59,758 nucleotides of DNA from a virus (IMGVR_UViG_3300025310_000004:1-59758); one strand, 5' to 3'; shown: positions 1 through 8,860, counted from the first letter of the stretch. The notes: generated by a model from the letters alone, not told the origin. Translations and numbers: made by a program.

Positions 1-1
1 G

Positions 2-82
2 GCAGACCCCGAGGGCCTCGTGGTGATCTTCGCCCCGCCCCCCGCCGAGGTAGTCGAATCTGAGGATACGCCGTCAGACTGA
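2..82 (+). CDS. 3' end of a gene truncated by the window edge
   Basis: Open frame ADPEGLVVIF...DTPSD ending TGA, normal codon usage. Confidence 0.5.
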   Translation, partial: ADPEGLVVIFAPPPAEVVESEDTPSD

Positions 83-123
83 CGACGTATTGTCGAACCC
101 GGCTCCACAAGGGAGGGGAATCC

Positions 124-324
124 ATGGCTTCGGAGACAGACAACCTCATCAAGTGGGCAGTCGAGAGAGGCTGGGACTACCACCTCAGACGCGGCGGCCA
201 CCTCTGCTTCACCAAAGGCACCTACAAGGTGTTCACCGGCTCCACCCCCAGGAGTGGGCGTAGAGCCATAGAGAACGCCAAAGCCACCCTGCGACGCTAC
301 GACCGACTAGCCGAATCGGCCTAG
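124..324 (+). CDS. hicA: HicA-like small protein
   Basis: 66 aa, GWxxxxRxGGH and STP motifs, GGAGG RBS. Confidence 0.6.
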   Translation: MASETDNLIKWAVERGWDYHLRRGGHLCFTKGTYKVFTGSTPRSGRRAIENAKATLRRYDRLAESA

Positions 325-346
325 TGTCGCACCCAGGTGTTATTGT
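325..346 (+). promoter_or_regulatory. Phage promoter TGTCGCACC-N7-TATTGT
   Basis: Recurrent box plus -10, upstream of RBS AAAGGAG. Confidence 0.75.
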
Positions 347-373
347 GGGGCCACCCAACGAAAGGAGTGCCTC

Positions 374-535
374 ATGGACAACACCGAGAACCCGCAACCA
401 ACCCGCAACCCCGATGGCAGTGTCAGCCTGAACGACAAGTACGACACCATCGCTCGCATCGATGAGCGAGGCCACATCATCCTCTCTGCCACCTTCGATC
501 TGTCCAAGGACATCGGCGAGGTGGAAGATGACTGA
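374..535 (+). CDS. Hypothetical protein (53 aa)
   Basis: AAAGGAG RBS, MDNTENPQ..., overlaps next start. Confidence 0.7.
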   Translation: MDNTENPQPTRNPDGSVSLNDKYDTIARIDERGHIILSATFDLSKDIGEVEDD

Positions 536-1118
536 CCAGGCCGACCTTCCCCGCGAGTCCTACCTGATCCAACGCCTGGAATCCCCCTACGGTGGGAGCC
601 TGCTGGGCAAGGACAACCCCTTCTCCTTCGGCGGAGGACTCCGCAACGGGGGCCTGAGCGATGACGCCATGGACCTGCTGCGCGACGTGTTCTCGTTCGA
701 CTACATGGGCGCAGCCGAGTTCGAGTTCGGCGCAGTCCCCAAGGCCCTGAGCGCCCTGGCCAACAAGGCCACTGAGGGATCGCTGGTCGCCTTCGACTTC
801 GACATCTTGCTTTCCAAGGTCCGCAAGCCCTGGGACGAGGAGGCCAACCCCCCGGCCCCGCGCGCCAAGGCCACGATCTACGTCATCTGCCCCGCTGGGT
901 GGACGGTCGCCGTCGAGGAGCGCATCAAGGCCCTGGCGGGCAACAAGCCGCCCCGCACCAAGGAGGCGGTCAACCTGCACTCGGTGCTGCGCCCCGGCCG
1001 CTACGAGTACCGCGTCCGTGGGTGGCTCGAACTCGACAACGGCTTCATGTTCTTCACCGACCGCCCCATGTGGGAGGCCACGGCCACCCTGTTCGGCATC
1101 GAGGTGAACGATGGCTGA
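528..1118 (+). CDS. Conserved phage hypothetical protein
   Basis: FDYMGAAEFEFGA motif, coupled start. Confidence 0.75.
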   Translation: MTDQADLPRESYLIQRLESPYGGSLLGKDNPFSFGGGLRNGGLSDDAMDLLRDVFSFDYMGAAEFEFGAVPKALSALANKATEGSLVAFDFDILLSKVRKPWDEEANPPAPRAKATIYVICPAGWTVAVEERIKALAGNKPPRTKEAVNLHSVLRPGRYEYRVRGWLELDNGFMFFTDRPMWEATATLFGIEVNDG

Positions 1119-1329
1119 GCGCCGCGTCAAGGTCCGCCTGGTCATGGAGGCCACCTACACCATCGACCCCGAGTGGCCTGGCTACGGGGTAGTCGAGTTG
1201 GCCGATGCCGTCGAGATCGACCGCAAGGCCCTGTTCGGCGAGGACGGCCTGGACTCCCAACTCGCCATCGATGCCATCGACCTGCAGCCCGTGGACTTCT
1301 CCTGGGAGGAGGTCACCGATGGCTCTTGA
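1111..1329 (+). CDS. Hypothetical protein
   Basis: Overlapping operon organisation. Confidence 0.65.
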   Translation: MAERRVKVRLVMEATYTIDPEWPGYGVVELADAVEIDRKALFGEDGLDSQLAIDAIDLQPVDFSWEEVTDGS

Positions 1330-1630
1330 ACTCACCGAGACGGTCAAGGTCAACGCCCGGCTCACCGTGACGACCGAGCATGGCGTCACGCGCGACGCAA
1401 CCCACAACGACCTGAGAGAACTCGGCTGGCTGAGCCGCGAGGACATCTACGACCGCATCGTGGACTTCATGCACCGCGTGGGCCTCGATCCCGATGGCGA
1501 CCACTCCTTGCTTCGTTCGTTCGTAGAGGACGCCTGCGGGTCCAACGGCATCGTCGTGTGGACCTGCTCGGATTGGGAGTCGATCAGGAACTCCTACTAC
1601 GAGATGCTCAAGGGTGCGGTTGGTGAGTGA
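1319..1630 (+). CDS. Hypothetical protein
   Basis: MALELTETV..., overlapping operon. Confidence 0.65.
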   Translation: MALELTETVKVNARLTVTTEHGVTRDATHNDLRELGWLSREDIYDRIVDFMHRVGLDPDGDHSLLRSFVEDACGSNGIVVWTCSDWESIRNSYYEMLKGAVGE

Positions 1631-1868
1631 CCGCACGGCTCGTCGGATTCGATGCCCCAACTGCGGGGAGAGCGATCTGGACGCCTTCATCGGCGAGTTG
1701 CCGACGGAGGGGACCTGGACCTTCCTCCTGGTGGCGCAAGATGACGACGGGACCCTGGTCGCCGAAGGTATGCAGCACGCCAGCGACCCGAAACTGACCA
1801 AGGTCGAGGTGTTCTGCACCACCTGCAAGCACTCTTGGCGCACTACCCACGATTGGAGGCTCCCATGA
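1623..1868 (+). CDS. Zn-ribbon hypothetical protein
   Basis: CPNC...CTTC, GTG start overlapping the previous stop. Confidence 0.65.
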   Translation: MSDRTARRIRCPNCGESDLDAFIGELPTEGTWTFLLVAQDDDGTLVAEGMQHASDPKLTKVEVFCTTCKHSWRTTHDWRLP

Positions 1869-2194
1869 CCGACCTCGTTGACCGCTGGTACTCGGCTGAG
1901 CGCGACGCCTCGTGGTTCTTCCCCTCCGACCGCCCCCGCCGCGATCGGCGTCCCCTCGGGGTGACCGACATGGTGGAGGTCGAGCGCGACCTCGCTGGAC
2001 GCTGCGGCTACCACACCCCGTGGGCCTCCCAGGTCTGCGGCGAGAAGGTCCCGTGCCCCGAGCACGATCAGCAGACCTGCTCGAACAAGGGTTGCACCAA
2101 CCGCGTCACCCACGGCTGTGACCACGCCGGGATGGTCGTGTGCGGCTACCCGGTGTGCGATGAGCACTACAACTGCGGGAGGCATGGTGGCTGA
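1865..2194 (+). CDS. Cys-rich hypothetical protein
   Basis: ATGA overlap, several CxxxxC/H motifs. Confidence 0.65.
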   Translation: MTDLVDRWYSAERDASWFFPSDRPRRDRRPLGVTDMVEVERDLAGRCGYHTPWASQVCGEKVPCPEHDQQTCSNKGCTNRVTHGCDHAGMVVCGYPVCDEHYNCGRHGG

Positions 2195-2492
2195 TCTCGT
2201 CTGCCCCTGCGAAGATGGCCTGCCGGACCCCTGCACCCTGTGCGGGGAGCCAGCCGACGGCATCTGCCGCCTCGATCTCGTGCAGTCCGACGCCTACCGC
2301 CGCGGAGTCGAGGCGGAGCGCCAGCGCATCCTGGGACGCCTCGATGCCTGCGACGACGACTACGACGAGTTCCTGCGCCTCATCGTGGCCCAGAAGCCCG
2401 CTCTGGGCGGTGGGGCCATCGGCACGGCTGCAGCCGCTTTGGCGGAGTTGCGCCATATTGTCTCCCCGCCACAAGAGGGGACGGCAGGATGA
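2184..2492 (+). CDS. Hypothetical protein
   Basis: MVADLVCPC..., operon position. Confidence 0.6.
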   Translation: MVADLVCPCEDGLPDPCTLCGEPADGICRLDLVQSDAYRRGVEAERQRILGRLDACDDDYDEFLRLIVAQKPALGGGAIGTAAAALAELRHIVSPPQEGTAG

Positions 2493-2731
2493 TCCCGGTC
2501 AACGGCCCCACCTTCGTCGCGGACAACGGCATGGTCTACGAGGTACTCGGAGTCCTCGGGAACAACACCGCCACCGTGCGTGCCCTGTGGCCCGCTGAAC
2601 GGCGTCCCCCAACAGAGTGGTGGTGCGCCATCTGCTTCCAGAACAGGGGGGATGGCAAGCAGGTCCCCTGCGACCACTACGGCGGGATGAAGCCACCCAA
2701 ACGTCAAGACCTTAGTTCTTCTCAGGATTGA
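2489..2731 (+). CDS. Hypothetical protein
   Basis: ATGA overlap, MIPVNGPTF... Confidence 0.6.
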   Translation: MIPVNGPTFVADNGMVYEVLGVLGNNTATVRALWPAERRPPTEWWCAICFQNRGDGKQVPCDHYGGMKPPKRQDLSSSQD

Positions 2732-2919
2732 GAATCGCTAAGATGACTGACGAGATGCTGCTGATCCGCGAGATGGTCACCCGTGGCCTGATCTGGCTGC
2801 GCCCCGACGGCTGGTGGTTCGCTGGCTACGGGGAGGTACAGGACCCCGAGCCGGTACCCACGAGGTTCGTTCCCCTCATCGAGCGCTCCCTGGAAGCCAT
2901 CCCCGACGTGTCAGGTTGA
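2728..2919 (+). CDS. Hypothetical protein
   Basis: Last gene of the operon; start may be 2743. Confidence 0.55.
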   Translation: MRIAKMTDEMLLIREMVTRGLIWLRPDGWWFAGYGEVQDPEPVPTRFVPLIERSLEAIPDVSG

Positions 2920-3444
2920 TTCCTGGGCGAGCATCATCTCTACGATCTCGCCCGTCAACTTGCGCTCCAAGACATCGATCTCCCTGCGCGTTGCGCCCTC
3001 GAACCCGACCATGCCCAGGAACATGGTGGTCATCTCCTCGACCTGGGTCGCCTTGTAGTCACGCACCCAAGCCAAGGCGGCTTCTTCATCTCCCGGCTTG
3101 AATGACGGCATCACGTCGTGGCACCGCCAACAGAGGGGGACGAGGTTCTGTACCCCGTCGAGGCCGCCGTGGCATCGATCGATCAGATGTGCCCTCTCAA
3201 GGTAGGAGCGCTTTGACGCTTCACCCCATGCTCCCTTGTCGGTCGCGAACCGGGAGTCATCGATGGGGACCAACCACCCGCATCGAGCGCAGAATGGCTC
3301 GCCGAATCCGATGGTGTTGGCGCGGTAGTGGGGCCAATCCTCACGGTCAACCCAGAACTCAGCCACCTCCAAGATGTGAGGGAGGTTGGGCCTCTTGCGC
3401 CCAGGGATGTCGGTCTTGGCGGTGATCTTCTCTCGTGTAGGCAT
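2911..3444 (-). CDS. HNH endonuclease
   Basis: CARC...LERAHLIDRCHGG...NLVPLCWRCH, AAAGGAG RBS. Confidence 0.85.
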   Translation of the reverse strand: MPTREKITAKTDIPGRKRPNLPHILEVAEFWVDREDWPHYRANTIGFGEPFCARCGWLVPIDDSRFATDKGAWGEASKRSYLERAHLIDRCHGGLDGVQNLVPLCWRCHDVMPSFKPGDEEAALAWVRDYKATQVEEMTTMFLGMVGFEGATRREIDVLERKLTGEIVEMMLAQEST

Positions 3445-3540
3445 GGTGATCTCCTTTCGCCGGGGAATACGACCATACCACGTCACTGAGACACTCTACT
3501 ATCAAGACGGCGCTCCAAAGAGGGCGGGCGCTACAGGCTC

Positions 3541-3801
3541 TTACGGATCGACTAGCGCGTCCACCACGTCTCCACCATCTAGGTAGAGACGAACAACATC
3601 TTCTAGGAGAGGTGACCACACCCCATCCCAAGGAGAGTCACACAGGGGGGACTCAACAGAACAGAACCCCCACCCCAGACACCCGGAGTCATGGACCAGG
3701 AGGTCCCCTACGGCTGCCAGGAACCCCAGGAGGTCGAGCAGATGCTCCTCTCCGGGTACGAAGGGGTCCCACGGGTCGGTGCTGTCGAGCAGACCCGACA
3801 T
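3541..3801 (-). CDS. Possible hypothetical protein
   Basis: Open frame MSGLLDSTDPW..., atypical codon usage, no clear RBS. Confidence 0.3.
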   Translation of the reverse strand: MSGLLDSTDPWDPFVPGEEHLLDLLGFLAAVGDLLVHDSGCLGWGFCSVESPLCDSPWDGVWSPLLEDVVRLYLDGGDVVDALVDP

Positions 3802-3971
3802 CCACTGTCGAGCGGTGCGTACCCAGAACGAACCCCATTCTCCCAGGTCAGGGGCCATGTGTCTCACCTCTCGTGTATAATACTGGTAGTCTACGTTCCG
3901 TAGGTTATGTAATGCAGTATAAAAAGACCAGGGGTGACAACCTAGGGTAGAACCCCAGAAAGGAGGCCAAC

Positions 3972-4367
3972 ATGCGGTGGATCAACCCTTCTCCGGTTGG
4001 AGATCAAGTCTGGGGCCAAGGACTGCGGGACCTCTACATCGAGCACAGGGCAGCCAAGGTTGCTGCTCGTCGCCAAGATCGGGCTGCTCGTCGGGCCGAG
4101 TCCCCCAAGGGGCTGCTGGTTCCCCTCACCGAAGCCGAGGTCAACGCTGTGGCTCTGGTGATTCCCCCTGATGCTGAGGGTGGCTACGTCGTGCTCTACA
4201 TCGACCGGAGTACGGGTGCTTTGGCCGGTCAGTGGGCAAAGTCCCTGGTCAGAGGGTTGCGGACCAGCGCGGTGGTGCCGGGGAGGATGACCAGGATGGT
4301 CGCTCTGGGCCGTCGGGACATCGAGGCCATCTGGGATCGGCAGGGCGACATCGCCTCGGGGCTCTAG
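3972..4367 (+). CDS. Hypothetical protein
   Basis: AAAGGAGG RBS, TATAAT in the AT-rich upstream region. Confidence 0.65.
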   Translation: MRWINPSPVGDQVWGQGLRDLYIEHRAAKVAARRQDRAARRAESPKGLLVPLTEAEVNAVALVIPPDAEGGYVVLYIDRSTGALAGQWAKSLVRGLRTSAVVPGRMTRMVALGRRDIEAIWDRQGDIASGL

Positions 4368-4496
4368 GTATTATCGCTTTCGCGTAAGCCCAGGTCAGAG
4401 GCCCTAGAAGTGAGGGTGCTCCACCGGCCGGAGACGCTGACACTATGACAACGTATTGCCTTGACAGGTCCGCACCAGGGTGAGATAATACGAATC

Positions 4497-5840
4497 TCAG
4501 CCGTCAAGGGAGTCTGCAGACAGCAGACGGGCCTTGCCCACGTCGAGCCAGCCCGGCTCGTGGTCGATGCCGATGAATGCACCGGCCAGTCGAACGGCAC
4601 TTAGGCCCCCCGAGCAGGTACCACTAAACGGGTCCAGCACCGCGCCCATAGGGGGGCACAGGAGCCTGGTGAGCCAATCGGTCACCGCCACGGGCTTGAC
4701 AGCCTTGTGTTTGTTGCCCTTGGCCCCCACCCCCAGGTCCTTCTCGCGCCGAGAGGACTTCGGGCAGTAGAAGAAGCGGCTCGGGGGCTGACGGCGATCT
4801 GGGTCCTGGGCGTCCAGCAGGCCCACAGGACACTCTGGATGACAGCCCGAGGTGTCACAGTCGTAGTGGTGCATGAACAGCGCATCGGCGGGCCAGCGCC
4901 CGAGAGTGGTTGAACCCACAACTGCCTGGTGCTTCTGCAGGCTCAGTCCGTGAGCAGCACCTTGGCCATCAGGGATGTGGGTGGCGATGGCATCTCGTTC
5001 GCCTGAGTCGATCCGGGTGGCGTCGATGTTCATGGCTCCCACTCCCCAGCGCAGGGAGTTGTCGGCCACAGAGCCCTCGGTGATGGGTCGGCGCATGATG
5101 ACGATGGGCTCCCAGGTGGGGCGAAGTTCGGTGCCCCACCCGTACCAGGGGTTGCCGGGCCTGGCTGCGATCCATGCCTCGCGCTCGGTGTCGGTCATCG
5201 ATCCGATGGTGCGGAAGTAGGGCTCGCCGTCGCCGCCCATCTTGCGGTCCACGGCTTGGCCGATGTCGAGGGCCATGGGCATACCCTTGGGGTACACCCA
5301 CATCACGGTGTCTCGCATCTCCCAGCCAGCGTCCTCAGCGTAGGTGACCACGCGATGGAAGGTGCGGCGGCCAGCGAAGATGGCCATGTGCGCGCCTGGC
5401 TTGGCGGCTCGGAGAATCGCTGACCAATACTGCGGGCCGGGTACCTGCTTCTGCCAGCCGTCGGTGTCGGCCAGGCTCCCCACCCCTGGGTCCGTGATAA
5501 TACAGTCGGCCCATGCCTCGGGTCCCGCCCTGAGAACGTCCCGGCAGTCACCGGGCACCAGCACCACGGGGGTCTGGCGGGTGGTGGCTGAGAACCGCAG
5601 GGCCTCGCCGGTCGCACCACGCACGACGCCCCTAGTGAACGGCAGGCCCTCGCTCGTCCCCTGAGAACGAATAGCCGCCTGCATACTGCCCCCGCCCCCG
5701 CCCCCCGCCGGGCGCGCCCGAGCCCCCCGGCCCGCCGCCGGGGCGCGACCCCCCGCCCCCTGGTCACCTGGGTGTGACGGGGCTGTATGGCCTCGGCTTG
5801 CGAGGAGGTTGGCTAGGCGTTGCTTGCCTTCATCGCTCAT
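4497..5840 (-). CDS. Amino-DNA methyltransferase (N6/N4, beta class) with degenerate motifs
   Basis: KPGAH..F..RR.FHR...EDAGWEMRD..W.YP.G.P, RWPA, VKPVA...WL..L, VLDPFSG; motif IV reads DPGV; promoter and GGAG support start 5840. Confidence 0.85.
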   Translation of the reverse strand: MSDEGKQRLANLLASRGHTAPSHPGDQGAGGRAPAAGRGARARPAGGGGGGSMQAAIRSQGTSEGLPFTRGVVRGATGEALRFSATTRQTPVVLVPGDCRDVLRAGPEAWADCIITDPGVGSLADTDGWQKQVPGPQYWSAILRAAKPGAHMAIFAGRRTFHRVVTYAEDAGWEMRDTVMWVYPKGMPMALDIGQAVDRKMGGDGEPYFRTIGSMTDTEREAWIAARPGNPWYGWGTELRPTWEPIVIMRRPITEGSVADNSLRWGVGAMNIDATRIDSGERDAIATHIPDGQGAAHGLSLQKHQAVVGSTTLGRWPADALFMHHYDCDTSGCHPECPVGLLDAQDPDRRQPPSRFFYCPKSSRREKDLGVGAKGNKHKAVKPVAVTDWLTRLLCPPMGAVLDPFSGTCSGGLSAVRLAGAFIGIDHEPGWLDVGKARLLSADSLDG

Positions 5841-5856
5841 GTCGATCTCCGTAGAC

Positions 5857-5878
5857 ACTCTAGCACACGGGTGAGACA
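5857..5878 (-). promoter_or_regulatory. Phage promoter TGTCTCACC-N7-TAGAGT
   Basis: Recurrent motif upstream of the MTase. Confidence 0.7.
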
Positions 5879-6015
5879 CCGGCCAGACCTTCTCGGGTGC
5901 CAGGGGGTCCCTACCGGCCAGTCGAACCAGGGGGAGCACCCGGCCAGTCGAACGCCTCGAACCGGCTTCTACCGGGACCATAGGGGCTCCCGGCTGGCGA
6001 ACTCCCCCAGGGGGG

Positions 6016-6037
6016 TGTCACACCTGTGTGGTACGAT
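6016..6037 (+). promoter_or_regulatory. Phage promoter TGTCACACC-N7-TACGAT
   Basis: Recurrent motif followed by CGACGAAAGGAG RBS. Confidence 0.8.
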
Positions 6038-6069
6038 ACACGGGATAGACGACGAAAGGAGCCATCCCC

Positions 6070-6306
6070 ATGACCACTGCAACCGCGACCGTCGATGCCG
6101 ACGAACTACGAGCCCGAGCGCACACCATCATGGCGCTCGTCACCGAAGCGCTGGTCGAACTCGACGGCCTTCCTCCTCATCCCCAGCGCACGCGCCTGGG
6201 CCGCCACCTCCTGACTGCCCACAGCGTCGCCAAGGCGTGGCGTGAGGACGGCAACATGGACACCTCGAAGGGCGCGTACCACGTCGAAGGTGCGTACCGT
6301 GGCTGA
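6070..6306 (+). CDS. Hypothetical protein
   Basis: Strong RBS. Confidence 0.7.
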   Translation: MTTATATVDADELRARAHTIMALVTEALVELDGLPPHPQRTRLGRHLLTAHSVAKAWREDGNMDTSKGAYHVEGAYRG

Positions 6307-6583
6307 GGTCATCCGTGACGTGGTGTGGCCCGAAGCCCACCCGAACAACCCCAAGCCGCTCACCGAGGGCTTCTCGGTGCACGCTCAGCACAGCGTCGAT
6401 GACATCTGTGGCCGCCTGGTCGATGTCTACGTCGCCTACGTCTACCTGGGCGTGGAGATCATCTGGCACTTCACCGACGACAGCGGCATGGCCGTCGAGC
6501 ACTACGACAGCCTTGAGGACTTCGCCGCCTACTCGTTCCGGCGCTTCTCTCTGCGCTTGGCTGACCTGCTGGGGACGGAGTGA
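6299..6583 (+). CDS. Hypothetical protein
   Basis: GTG start overlapping the previous stop. Confidence 0.65.
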   Translation: MAEVIRDVVWPEAHPNNPKPLTEGFSVHAQHSVDDICGRLVDVYVAYVYLGVEIIWHFTDDSGMAVEHYDSLEDFAAYSFRRFSLRLADLLGTE

Positions 6584-6831
6584 TGGGCTACCCCTACCTC
6601 GATCGAGAGGACGAGTACGAGGAGTGGCTTGGTTCCCAGGCCGAGCGCGAGGCCGACGCCTACTACGAGGCGTACCAGCGCTACTGCGACGACGAGGAGG
6701 CGAAGTTCTACGATCGCCTGATGCGCGAGGAGTACGAGGCCGAGATGGAGGCCGAGGCATCCTGGGCCGATCTGCTGGCTCGGGTCGAGCGCGGCGAGTA
6801 CGACGAGCACTTCGATGACGACGCAGCCTGA
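6580..6831 (+). CDS. Highly acidic small protein (DNA-mimic candidate)
   Basis: 29 of 83 residues D/E, 14 aromatic. Confidence 0.7.
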   Translation: MMGYPYLDREDEYEEWLGSQAEREADAYYEAYQRYCDDEEAKFYDRLMREEYEAEMEAEASWADLLARVERGEYDEHFDDDAA

Positions 6832-7102
6832 GAACGACACCATCGTGCTGGTGATGCCCTCCCGGTGGCGGGCGGCTGTGTCGATGCTCGGGGAGCGCCG
6901 CCGCCTGCGCCGAGAACGACGGGCGTGGTCTTGGGCGCACCGCCAGCACGTCGATGCGCTGCTGCTGCCCCGCCCCTGAGAACGACTGAGGCCCTGCATA
7001 GGGTCCAATGTCCCCCGCCGCCCTGAGAACGCCTCGGCGTCCCTAAGAACACCTGGGGGCCTGCATACTCTAGGCCCGGCCCGTCCCCTCGACCGCCCCG
7101 AG

Positions 7103-7177
7103 TTATCCACAGCCTGTGGATAACACCTGGGTCAAACGGCCCACGAACAGGCGTTCTGTGGATAACCCTGTGGACAA
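7103..7177. promoter_or_regulatory. Cluster of four DnaA boxes
   Basis: TTATCCACA 7103, TGTGGATAA 7115 and 7157, TGTGGACAA 7169. Confidence 0.75.
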
Positions 7178-7207
7178 ACCCTCGACCTCTACCTGAGGTT
7201 GAGGGTC
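7177..7207. repeat. 31-bp palindromic element (AACCCTC family)
   Basis: AACCCTCGACCTC-TACCT-GAGGTTGAGGGTC. Confidence 0.75.
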
Positions 7208-7226
7208 GGACCTCACTCGCCCCAGC

Positions 7227-7248
7227 AGCATAGCACGCGGGTGTGACA
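7227..7248 (-). promoter_or_regulatory. Phage promoter pointing into the DnaA-box cluster
   Basis: TGTCACACC-N7-TATGCT on the minus strand. Confidence 0.6.
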
Positions 7249-7319
7249 TCGCTCCGGGCGATAGGTTGAGGGGGCAGGCGGCCAGTGACGCGACTACATG
7301 TGATAATAGGCTGCGGATA

Positions 7320-7363
7320 TGATCCAAACGGCCCATGTGGGTGTCACACCCGTCGTGTATGAT
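7320..7363 (+). promoter_or_regulatory. Composite phage promoter (upstream box plus TGTCACACC-N7-TATGAT)
   Basis: TGATCCAAACGGCCCATG followed by the box at 7342 and -10 at 7358. Confidence 0.8.
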
Positions 7364-7397
7364 GCTCTCAACAACCCCGACGAAAGGAGTCACCACC

Positions 7398-7856
7398 ATG
7401 ACGACCACCACCACTTCCCTACCGCTCCCCCGCCACCAGGACGCCACCTGCGGGCGCGGCATCAACCCCGTCGAGTCCGACGCGGCTCGCACGGCCATCG
7501 TGGAGTCCTACAAGGCTCTGCGCGTGCTGGACGAGGGGGGATTCCTCGACTTCATCGCGGAGATGGCCCACGACAGCAACGCTGCCGACCAGGCCCGTGA
7601 CGCGCTCGTCGCCATCGAGGACAACATGAGCCCGAACCTGCTGGTGACGGTGCTCCCCTCCTACTCCAAGGTGCGCTTCGCCACCGACCGATCCCGGCCG
7701 GGCGAGGTGTCCGAGGGCATCGTGCGTGACGGCGCATGGGGTCTGTACCCCGACCGCACCGGATCGACCGAGCGTCGAATCACGACGAACGGCTGGGAGT
7801 TCTTCGTGGACCGCGAGACGGTGTTCACCTTCTTCGAGGTGACCGAGCGCGGTTGA
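7398..7856 (+). CDS. Hypothetical protein
   Basis: CGACGAAAGGAG RBS. Confidence 0.75.
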   Translation: MTTTTTSLPLPRHQDATCGRGINPVESDAARTAIVESYKALRVLDEGGFLDFIAEMAHDSNAADQARDALVAIEDNMSPNLLVTVLPSYSKVRFATDRSRPGEVSEGIVRDGAWGLYPDRTGSTERRITTNGWEFFVDRETVFTFFEVTERG

Positions 7857-7928
7857 GCCAATCGGCCCATTGTGCGCCCCCTTCGGGGGGTGCATAATAG
7901 GGTCCTACCCCGACGAGAGGGGAACAAC

Positions 7929-8324
7929 ATGACGGACACCCGAAACACCACCTGCGAGGAGCGCATCGACGCCAACCTCGCCAGCCGCATCGAGGACATC
8001 GAGGCGATCTACGACGCTCTCAACAACGACGGCGGCGAGATCGACGGCGAGTTCTGCGACTACGAGGCCGCCTACGAACGACTCCAAGAGTTCCCGTTGG
8101 CCGTCGAGATCAAGTCCACGCTGGTCGTCCAGATCGGCACCGGAGGTCCCGGCGATCAGTTCGAGATCGAGGTCGAGCGCGGCGCCCACGGTGGGTGGGT
8201 GCTGGCCGACAATGAGGCCACCTACCGCTTCCTCGATTGGTTCGACGGCGCAACCCGCCGGACCGACAACGAGGCCGTGATGGCGATGCTCTCCAACTTC
8301 GCGGAGATCATGTACGAGGAGTAG
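7929..8324 (+). CDS. Acidic hypothetical protein
   Basis: GAGGGG RBS, QIGTGGPG motif. Confidence 0.75.
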   Translation: MTDTRNTTCEERIDANLASRIEDIEAIYDALNNDGGEIDGEFCDYEAAYERLQEFPLAVEIKSTLVVQIGTGGPGDQFEIEVERGAHGGWVLADNEATYRFLDWFDGATRRTDNEAVMAMLSNFAEIMYEE

Positions 8325-8606
8325 TCACTGAGCCGCGGCGATGCGTTGGCGGGCGTCTAGGAGCGTCTGCCACGCATCGTCGGGGTCGAGGTGGGGACCG
8401 GCCAGGTCCTCCCAGCGCCAGCCAAGCGCCAGCCCGAGCCGCTTCCACATGGCGGGGGCCGGGCGGCCTTCGCCGCGCTCCCACTGGCCGATGTTCTCCC
8501 AGGTGGTGCCGACGCGCTTGGCGAGCGTGCGGTGGGAGATGTCGCGGCACACTCGGACCACGGCCAGTGGTGTCACTAGACCTTCGGGAGTGCGTGGCAA
8601 CTCCAT
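8325..8606 (-). CDS. XRE-family HTH transcriptional regulator
   Basis: ISHRTLAKRVGTTWENIGQWERGEGRP, leaderless (TACACT-N6-ATG). Confidence 0.8.
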   Translation of the reverse strand: MELPRTPEGLVTPLAVVRVCRDISHRTLAKRVGTTWENIGQWERGEGRPAPAMWKRLGLALGWRWEDLAGPHLDPDDAWQTLLDARQRIAAAQ

Positions 8607-8838
8607 GTCCCGAGTGTAGATCGGCTCACGGCGGGGGGGCTTAGGTGCCCGGCGAGAACGGGATGCCTTCCCGCCGGGGGCCTACGAACCCCCCGCTAGT
8701 CTCGCTGGCCTACCTTTCACGAGTCCGAGCGCCTACCCGATCGCTCCGGGCTCGCAGCCCCCCCTTCACCCCGAAAGGAGGAAAGGGGCTAGCCGTGGTG
8801 ACTCCACCATACACGAAGGGTCGAACGGCCCATGGCGA

Positions 8839-8860
8839 TGCCGCACCCATCGTGTATTAT
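8839..8860 (+). promoter_or_regulatory. Phage promoter TGCCGCACC-N7-TATTAT
   Basis: Variant of the recurrent motif. Confidence 0.65.

Noticed and set aside
1313-2263. Long antisense or alternate-frame ORFs (also 25093..26346, 38231..39550, 49798..50955, 51592..52665)
   Set aside because: These are GC-rich shadows of well-supported genes on the other strand, with no RBS and no motifs.
5758-5779. Promoter box CGTCACACC on the minus strand
   Set aside because: No TAnnnT at the 7-bp distance, and it lies inside the MTase reading frame.
6815-6990. Short ORFs after the acidic gene
   Set aside because: Two competing short frames exist with no convincing RBS, and the region already contains spacer motifs.
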